32,000 nt of DNA from NCBI GenBank assembly GCA_963675915.1, contig OY780959.1, forward strand, positions 1,260,001 to 1,292,000. The letters are read 5' to 3'. Positions 26,362 to 32,000 of this stretch are shown here, in pieces. The stretch comes from Coprobacillaceae bacterium (GTDB taxonomy: Bacteria > Bacillota_I > Bacilli_A > Erysipelotrichales > Coprobacillaceae). A program made the translations under genes and the position numbers. The first letter of the stretch is position 1. Every line of letters starts with the position of its first letter. Below the pieces are notes generated by a model. The model was not told the DNA's origin, made no database searches, and saw only the letters and a list, made by a program, of their open reading frames with translations.

Positions 26362-27762
26362 TTATTCAAATTCGTTGGTCCGGGCAACTTCACGGATCCA
26401 TGAAGCTGATTTTTTCTCTTTACGCTGATATCCCTCGTCAAGACAGACACGGATGAATCCATAGCGGTTTTTGAAGGCATTGATCCAAGACCAGTTGTCG
26501 ATGGCCCCCCAGTAATGGTATCCCAGACAGTTGGCCCCGTCTTCAATTGATTTGGCAATCCACTCAAGATGGTCGCGGACAAATTCAATCCGATAATCAT
26601 CCTGGATGACTCCGTTTTCATCATAGAACTTTTCTTCCCCTTCAACTCCCATTCCGTTTTCAGAAATGAAGAATGGCAGATCAGGACATTCGGTCTTGAT
26701 TTTCATCCCGAAATCATAAATTCCTTTAGGATAGATTTCCCAGCCGCGATGAACGTTCATCTTGCGCTCCGGCCAGATATATGGTTTGGCGATGCATGGC
26801 AAACCGAACTCATCGAATTTAGAATCCGGGGCCTGAACCCGGGTCGGTTGGTAGTAGTTGAATCCGAGCCAGTCGACTTTTCCCCCGGCCAGAATCGCCT
26901 CATCCCCTGGACGGCGGTTGATTGCCACTTTCCAGTCATTTTCAACGGTGTCGATGACATCTTCAGGCAGATGGCCATGAGCCACGACATCCAGCCACCA
27001 GCGGTTATGGAGACCATCGGTCATTCGCACCGCTTCAAGATCTTCAGCAGTTGGATTTTCTTTGGTGTAAGGTGGCGCAAAGCAGTTGATCATTCCGATT
27101 TTAGCCCCTTCGATCAATTTTCCGGCTGTTTCAAGGTTACGGAAATTGATTACTGCCAGACAGTGGGCCAAAGTGATATTATATTGGACATTGATCGACT
27201 GTTTGAAATCCTTGAGGTATGGATACCAGTTACCATGAAGGAACTGTTGTTCCGGTTCAACAATCGGTTCATTGAAAGTGAACCAGTATTTGACTTTCAT
27301 TCCGAATTCTTCCATCGCTTTTTTGACGAAATTCGCATAGGCTTCAACCACTTCGCGGTTTTGCCATCCCCCGCGTTTAATCAGATATTCCGGCATATCG
27401 AAATGATACATATTCATATAGATATCGATTCCGTTTTCATTGGCGCAGTCAATCAGTTTGTGATACCAGGCCGCTCCTTCAGGATTGATATTACCGTCCT
27501 GGTCAAGCAGACGACTCCACTGCATCGAAGTTCGAAACGATTTGAAGTTGAGACTCTTGAGCAATCTGATATCGGCCTCGTATTTGTGGTACATGTCATT
27601 TCCCACATAGGAACCCACATTGTTATGGAAAGCGTTGATTTCCATATCCGAGTACATATCCCAATATGAACGCAGGCGTCCGCCCACATTCCATGAACCT
27701 TCAGTTTGCGGACCCGACATTGCCGCACCGAAGAAAAAGTCTTCAGGTAATTTAATAGTCAT
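26362..27762 (-). CDS. glycoside hydrolase family 1 (beta-glucosidase / 6-phospho-beta-glycosidase)
   Basis: GH1 signature N-terminus (FFFGAAMSGPQTEG), acid/base TFNEP and nucleophile ISENG motifs. Start at ATG 27762 after AAAGGAGGAATTGAA. Confidence 0.9.
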   Translation of the reverse strand: MTIKLPEDFFFGAAMSGPQTEGSWNVGGRLRSYWDMYSDMEINAFHNNVGSYVGNDMYHKYEADIRLLKSLNFKSFRTSMQWSRLLDQDGNINPEGAAWYHKLIDCANENGIDIYMNMYHFDMPEYLIKRGGWQNREVVEAYANFVKKAMEEFGMKVKYWFTFNEPIVEPEQQFLHGNWYPYLKDFKQSINVQYNITLAHCLAVINFRNLETAGKLIEGAKIGMINCFAPPYTKENPTAEDLEAVRMTDGLHNRWWLDVVAHGHLPEDVIDTVENDWKVAINRRPGDEAILAGGKVDWLGFNYYQPTRVQAPDSKFDEFGLPCIAKPYIWPERKMNVHRGWEIYPKGIYDFGMKIKTECPDLPFFISENGMGVEGEEKFYDENGVIQDDYRIEFVRDHLEWIAKSIEDGANCLGYHYWGAIDNWSWINAFKNRYGFIRVCLDEGYQRKEKKSASWIREVARTNEFE

Positions 27763-27868
27763 TTCAATTCCTCCTTTGATAGTCAATATCATTATACCCT
27801 AATAATCCAGCCGGTAAACCAAATTGCATCTGAATTCAAATTAGTTTCACCTTATTTTCATCAGCGGC

Positions 27869-27899
27869 TGACTTGATGAAAATATGTTTCATCAAGTCA
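27869..27899. promoter_or_regulatory. perfect 13-bp inverted repeat (candidate operator) between divergent GH1 and RpiR genes
   Basis: TGACTTGATGAAA-atatg-TTTCATCAAGTCA, with an extra half-site TTTCATCA at 27857-27864. Confidence 0.45.
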
Positions 27900-27999
27900 A
27901 GGCGGATTCCCAAGAGCTTTTTCGTCCACAGCCACTTCAAAACCGACCGGGGTTGATGTATAATTATTTTGTCAAACCAAAGTCACAGCGAGGTATCTT

Positions 28000-28821
28000 A
28001 TGAATCTGATCAGCAAACTCAAAACCAAAGAAAAATTCACTGAACGCGAAGCCATCATCGCCGACTATATCCTCGACCACAGCGAGGATGTGATCAACAT
28101 GTCGACTAGGGCTCTGGCGGCTTCAACTTTCACCAGTGCGACTGTCATTGTCCGCTTTGTCCGCAAACTCGGTTACAAAGGCTTCAATGATTTCAAAATC
28201 CGTCTGGTTTCCGACCTCAAGGAAAGCAGCTATCAGGATATCGAAGTGGTCCGCTCCGAGGACTTGCTTTCCCTCACCAACAAAGTCACTTCGCTCCACG
28301 AAAAAGTGCTTTTGGAAACCAAGAACAACCTCTCGCTCGAATCGCTCCATAAAATCCAACTGGCATTGCACGAAGTCGACCAGGTCGATATCTTCGCTCT
28401 GGATGCCAACGCCGCCATTGGCGAGTATGCTTCGCACAACATCATGCTTTCTGGCAAGATGTCGAATGTCTACAAATCGGTCGACAAGATCGCCCTATAC
28501 CAGTCATTGGTCAAAAATTCAGTGGTTATCGTAATCAGCCGGATGGGGATCAACAACCATATCCTCAAAGCGGTGCGAACCCTCCGTTCCAACGGCAATT
28601 TTGTGATCGCCATCACTTCCAACCGCGAGTCGTTGATTGCCAAAAACTGTGATGTCAGTCTGATTTGCAGCTACAAAAACCGCATCATCGAACTGGGCGA
28701 CCTTTCATTCCATTCATCGGTTTCCTATCTTCTTGATATCATCATTTCAATCATCATCAAGGAGAACTACGACAACGCCGTCAACCTGGAAAAACTCCAC
28801 GGCGACCTCTATTTCGATTAG
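28000..28821 (+). CDS. MurR/RpiR family transcriptional regulator
   Basis: N-terminal HTH_6-like region (STRALAASTFTSATVIVRFVRKLGYKGFNDFK) plus a SIS-like C-terminal half. Confidence 0.85.
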   Translation: MNLISKLKTKEKFTEREAIIADYILDHSEDVINMSTRALAASTFTSATVIVRFVRKLGYKGFNDFKIRLVSDLKESSYQDIEVVRSEDLLSLTNKVTSLHEKVLLETKNNLSLESLHKIQLALHEVDQVDIFALDANAAIGEYASHNIMLSGKMSNVYKSVDKIALYQSLVKNSVVIVISRMGINNHILKAVRTLRSNGNFVIAITSNRESLIAKNCDVSLICSYKNRIIELGDLSFHSSVSYLLDIIISIIIKENYDNAVNLEKLHGDLYFD

Positions 28822-28823
28822 AT

Positions 28824-28879
28824 ACATTGTTACACTTTCTTCCGGCGTTTTAGCGTAAAAAGTGTAACAATGTTTTTTT
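28824..28879 (+). terminator. Rho-independent terminator (long-loop hairpin)
   Basis: ACATTGTTACACTT ... AAGTGTAACAATGT 14-bp stem followed by TTTTTTT. Confidence 0.6.
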
Positions 28880-28965
28880 GGTTGATTTGGGTATTTTCTT
28901 TTTCGCCTGATTGCATATAATATTCTCAAATTAATTTTTCAAGCGCAATCCAGGAGGAAATAATC

Positions 28966-29265
28966 ATGCAATACATCGGTACTATCAGCGCACTTTTGAC
29001 AACAATCGCTTTTTTGCCCCAAGTAACCAAAACCATCAAAACCAAAGACGTCTCAGGAATCTCCCTGGGGATGTATGTAACCTATTGTCTTGGTGTGATG
29101 CTTTGGACAATCTATGGCATTATGCTCCAGGATTTCAACCTGATTTTCTCCAGCGGAATCACTTGTGTTTTTTCAGGAGTAGTGCTTTTCTTGAAACTCA
29201 GAGCCAAACATAACGCCAAACATCCCGTTACTTTGATGAGTGAACTTTCAAATCAAACCAAATAG
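28966..29265 (+). CDS. SemiSWEET / PQ-loop family sugar transporter
   Basis: 99 aa with three predicted TM helices and a PQ motif in TM1 (IAFLPQVTKTIKTKDVSGIS). AGGAGGAAATAATC RBS. Confidence 0.8.
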   Translation: MQYIGTISALLTTIAFLPQVTKTIKTKDVSGISLGMYVTYCLGVMLWTIYGIMLQDFNLIFSSGITCVFSGVVLFLKLRAKHNAKHPVTLMSELSNQTK

Positions 29266-29269
29266 TCAA

Positions 29270-29312
29270 AAAGGTTGAATCCGATAACAGAACCGGCTTC
29301 AACCTTTGTTTT
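29270..29312. terminator. bidirectional Rho-independent terminator
   Basis: AAAGGTTGAA ... TTCAACCTTT 10-bp stem flanked by an A-run and GTTTTTT, between convergent genes. Confidence 0.65.
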
Positions 29313-30299
29313 TTACATCTTGATTTGTGATTTTGACGGCTTCCCGGCAAATCCGGCCTGAAGCGCTTCAATCGAGCAGTTAATCATCGAATTGACTGCT
29401 TCTTCAGTGAAGAAACCGTAGTGTTGCGTGTATAGCACGTTCGGAAACTGTTTTAGATACAGCAATGAACGCTTGTTGACGATTCGAGTCCCCACATCGA
29501 CATGCATTACTCCCATCTCCTCTTCAACAGTATCCACCGCGGCTCCACCGACATAATGTTCTTCCAATCCCCGAATCAGATCTTCGGTATTGATCAAAGC
29601 TCCCCGAGCGGTGTTGATCAGGACAACTCCCGGTTTCATTTTATGGATTGTTTCATAGTTGATCATATGGTAGTTGTCTTCAAGCAACGGGACATGAAGC
29701 GAAATCATATCACTCGAAGCGTACAGGGTATCCAAATCAACATACTCAGCCAGTCCTTCAAGTTCCGGATTTTCAAACTTGTCATAGGCAATGATCTTGC
29801 AGCCAAATCCTGACAGGTTTTTGATTACCGTCGAACCGATTTTCCCGGTTCCGATGATTCCAATTGTCAAAGAGCGCATCTCTCTTCCCATCATATCATC
29901 AAGTGAAAAGTCATTTACCAACGCGCGGCAGATTGAAATCTTAGCCTTGCGCAACATTACCAGCATCATCATCACGGCGAAATCCGCCACATTGTTCGGG
30001 CTGTAATATGCGTTGTACATCTTGATGCCCAGCTCCTTGGCTGCCGCCACATCAAAGTGGTCATACCCGATGGTTCTGGTCGCCACGAGCATGATGTTGT
30101 ACTCTTTCATCTTTTCGAGCAACTCCCGGTCGATTTTGGAATACCCCAGGACCGAAACCCCGTCATAACCTTTGGCTAAATCCAAAGTATCCAGACTCAG
30201 ATGTTCCCTGGTCAGCGTGATTTCATCGTCACTGGTGGATTGAACTTCTTCCAGGATGTCTTTTTCAAAGTCAGTCATATCATAAACATAAATTTTCAT
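29313..30299 (-). CDS. D-isomer-specific 2-hydroxyacid dehydrogenase (D-lactate dehydrogenase-like)
   Basis: NAD-binding motif GIIGTGKIGSTV plus the conserved Arg (NTARGALI), Glu and His (TQHYGFFT) segments of the family. Start at ATG 30299 (MKIYVYD...). Confidence 0.85.
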   Translation of the reverse strand: MKIYVYDMTDFEKDILEEVQSTSDDEITLTREHLSLDTLDLAKGYDGVSVLGYSKIDRELLEKMKEYNIMLVATRTIGYDHFDVAAAKELGIKMYNAYYSPNNVADFAVMMMLVMLRKAKISICRALVNDFSLDDMMGREMRSLTIGIIGTGKIGSTVIKNLSGFGCKIIAYDKFENPELEGLAEYVDLDTLYASSDMISLHVPLLEDNYHMINYETIHKMKPGVVLINTARGALINTEDLIRGLEEHYVGGAAVDTVEEEMGVMHVDVGTRIVNKRSLLYLKQFPNVLYTQHYGFFTEEAVNSMINCSIEALQAGFAGKPSKSQIKM

Positions 30300-30532
30300 T
30301 TGTTCCCATTCTCCCCTATGTATTTTTAAATAGTACAAATATTCGATATTTTTATTTAGTCTATATCAAAATATCAACTCTATAGTTGGATTTTATACGA
30401 ATTATAGGCATTTTTCAATCATTATTTCGGCTTATTTTCATGGCCCTGTCAAATCAGAGGACTTAAGTTACAGATAATCTTCCAAATGGCAAATTCAAAA
30501 GTTCAATTTTGGGCTCTAATCAGATTAGCTCG

Positions 30533-30559
30533 CAAAAAAAGAGCAACCAGGTTACTCTT
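30533..30559 (-). terminator. Rho-independent terminator after jetD
   Basis: Minus strand AAGAGTAA-CCTGG-TTGCTCTT hairpin, which includes the TAA stop, followed by TTTTTTT. Confidence 0.65.
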
Positions 30560-31808
30560 TTGTCTTACTTTTGAGATCTTCAATCAGATAATCAAGGATA
30601 TTTTCCTGATACCCCGCCAACTGAGTCGTTGCAATCACATTTTTTACTCCTTGAAGCCGAGGCTCTGTAATTGCATTCAACTTGGCCAACGATTGTGGAG
30701 TGATCCTATTTTGGGATAATGATTTTTGATATAACTCTAGCGTATAACCCCAGGGAATGATATTGTGGTGCCGTGCCAGTAATCTAGCACAGATACCAAG
30801 TCCTTCAGGATCAAAATCACCGGAATAATAGATGGTGGTTTCCGGCGAAAGCAAATCAAGCAGTTTCAAACCCGCTACCTTGAGTTGCCCTGAAGTGCAA
30901 ACTAGTGCGATGTTACTTGGAATCTTGGCGGCAATCATTGAAAAGACCATCTGGTTTTCGACCACGAATACCGGCCCCTTGGCTTGGGCCTGATCGACAT
31001 CTGCAAGATTGGCCAGGGTGACCACACAGTGCTGGTTGAGCTGGTTGAATCCGGCTACCCCCGGATGAACCGTTCCCTTGCTATATAGATTAATGCCGCG
31101 AATAACGACGCTGCTGGAAATATCATCGGGAATGATTCCGATTTCATAATAGAGACTGAGAATCTCCTCACTGGAAAAAGGAGGCTTTTGCTTCATTTCA
31201 AAAGCCAAAAAATTAATTAATATTTTCCCGGCGAGATTGGCCCGGTCGAAATAATGAGGGTCACCGGTAACCAGCGCCCCGATCAAAGCCAGACGCATTT
31301 GGGTGGTCTCCAGTTGATTGATTGCCCGGTCGATGCTTGTAATAATCAGTTCACACCGCTTTTTGTCTTCCCGGTATTGTCCTACCATCAATTTATAACC
31401 AAATGATTTGGTTTCAATCATTTGACTACACCAGTTGGCGACCCGAGGGTTTTTAAGCTGACTTTGCAGGCGTCCGAAAAATTGCTCCCGGGCAGCCTTT
31501 TGATTGATTCTAGTTTGCTTGTTGGTGACCAGTTTCGAGTCGAAATAGCCCTCCAATAAATCTTGGAGACTGACCCCGGAGAAGATGGTATCCTTGAGAC
31601 TTTCTTCAAAATGGGCCATCTTGAACCGAATCTCATCGGTGAAGTTGCGGTGGAGAAAGGATCCTAGCACCTTGAGTTCACCAGGTGTTGGATCTTTGAG
31701 GACGATATACCCGGCAATGCGGCCGTATTTTTCCCATTGAATCTTCATTTTCATGAAGATCCGGTTGAATTCCTGGTTGTTTTTGAAATACTCAATAGAT
31801 TCTTTCAT
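30552..31808 (-). CDS. jetD: Wadjet system protein JetD (TIGR02679 / DUF2399-DUF3323, Toprim-fold nuclease subunit)
   Basis: 418 aa. The C-terminal Toprim-like motifs are VFVVENQMVF (acidic Glu) and YYSGDFDPEGLGI (DxD). Length, the N-terminal helical region and the 4-nt ATGA overlap with an upstream SMC-like C-terminus fit the jetC-jetD arrangement. Assigned from memory of the family, not by search. Confidence 0.75.
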   Translation of the reverse strand: MKESIEYFKNNQEFNRIFMKMKIQWEKYGRIAGYIVLKDPTPGELKVLGSFLHRNFTDEIRFKMAHFEESLKDTIFSGVSLQDLLEGYFDSKLVTNKQTRINQKAAREQFFGRLQSQLKNPRVANWCSQMIETKSFGYKLMVGQYREDKKRCELIITSIDRAINQLETTQMRLALIGALVTGDPHYFDRANLAGKILINFLAFEMKQKPPFSSEEILSLYYEIGIIPDDISSSVVIRGINLYSKGTVHPGVAGFNQLNQHCVVTLANLADVDQAQAKGPVFVVENQMVFSMIAAKIPSNIALVCTSGQLKVAGLKLLDLLSPETTIYYSGDFDPEGLGICARLLARHHNIIPWGYTLELYQKSLSQNRITPQSLAKLNAITEPRLQGVKNVIATTQLAGYQENILDYLIEDLKSKTKE

Positions 31809-32000
31809 GACCCGACAAAGACCTTCTCTTTCCCGTCCCAGCGGTAATTGAGGATTGAGACGATGTCAGAATCAAGCGGTCGGTATAATTCGGTGATTGC
31901 CAAGGATTTAACCGAGCCATGGGTCCCCCAGAGATTCTGGGAATTCATGATGCAATCAAGATCAAGAGTTTCAACCAGTTCGAACATTGAACCGATATTC
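31805..32000 (-). CDS. jetC: Wadjet SMC-like ATPase JetC, C-terminal fragment (gene continues beyond the window end)
   Basis: The frame is open through base 32000. The tail ...FELVETLDLDCIMNSQNLWGTHGSVKSLAITELYRPLDSDIVSILNYRWDGKE resembles the conserved TIGR02680 C-terminus (DLD..M.S...WG ... L.I..L.R ... WDG). Confidence 0.6.
   Translation of the reverse strand, partial: NIGSMFELVETLDLDCIMNSQNLWGTHGSVKSLAITELYRPLDSDIVSILNYRWDGKEKVFVGS

Noticed and set aside
26301-26645. 114-aa minus-strand ORF overlapping the 3' end of the GH1 gene
   Set aside because: It is in a different frame from the GH1 ORF, spans the GH1 terminator, and has no RBS. It is most likely spurious.
26569-27669. 366-aa plus-strand ORF
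   Set aside because: It lies entirely antisense to the GH1 gene, which has unmistakable catalytic motifs. It has no RBS and odd composition (F/I/H/D-rich), so it is a shadow ORF.
27869-27899. 13-bp inverted repeat read as a transcription terminator
   Set aside because: It lies between divergently transcribed genes, upstream of both predicted promoters, and has no flanking T-run. An operator is more plausible.
1-32000. Search by eye for CRISPR arrays, tRNA, rRNA or tmRNA genes, prophage or integrase genes
   Set aside because: I found no regularly spaced short repeats, no cloverleaf-like conserved tRNA segments (GTTCGAATC-type T-loops) in intergenic regions, and no integrase, recombinase or phage structural ORFs. 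A tRNAscan or Infernal run would be needed to be certain.

Overview
The window looks like a chromosomal segment of a low-GC Gram-positive (Bacillota-like) genome, judging from AGGAGG-type ribosome-binding sites, TTG/GTG starts and many hairpin+T-run terminators. Most genes are on the minus strand. Most of it is ordinary metabolic, transport and regulatory content. This includes an MFS transporter (partial), an esterase, and two cupin modules (one paired with a cyclophilin-like protein, one with a CMD-family protein next to a divergent MerR regulator). It also includes a YdjC/ChbG deacetylase, transketolase, two RpiR regulators, an OYE/enoate-reductase-like flavoprotein plus an SDR, and a membrane GGDEF cyclase. 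The rest comprises YwbE, YkvA, a Cof phosphatase, AzlCD, a MarR plus heterodimeric ABC exporter operon, a GH1 glycosidase, a SemiSWEET and a D-2-hydroxyacid dehydrogenase. Three things stand out. (1) Two full-length, exactly collinear 2179-nt copies of a group II intron (4054-6232 and 19607-21785, minus strand) each sit immediately after a Rho-independent terminator hairpin and T-run, which is the hallmark of bacterial class C introns. (2) The two copies are mosaic: about 1% divergent over most of their length and identical across domains V/VI, but strongly divergent over an approximately 400-nt block encoding the C-terminal part of the maturase. (3) The right edge carries the 3' end of a Wadjet (JetABCD) anti-plasmid operon, with jetD complete and only the jetC C-terminus present. 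I found no tRNA, rRNA or CRISPR array, and no gene set I can defend as a wholly undescribed system. The remaining oddities are listed as lower-interest findings: an orphan Cys/His-rich 158-165 aa protein, a MerR-type promoter with a ~400-nt leader, a perfect 13-bp inverted repeat, and an unassigned structured spacer. All family assignments come from reading the translated ORFs by eye; no database search or covariance model was run.
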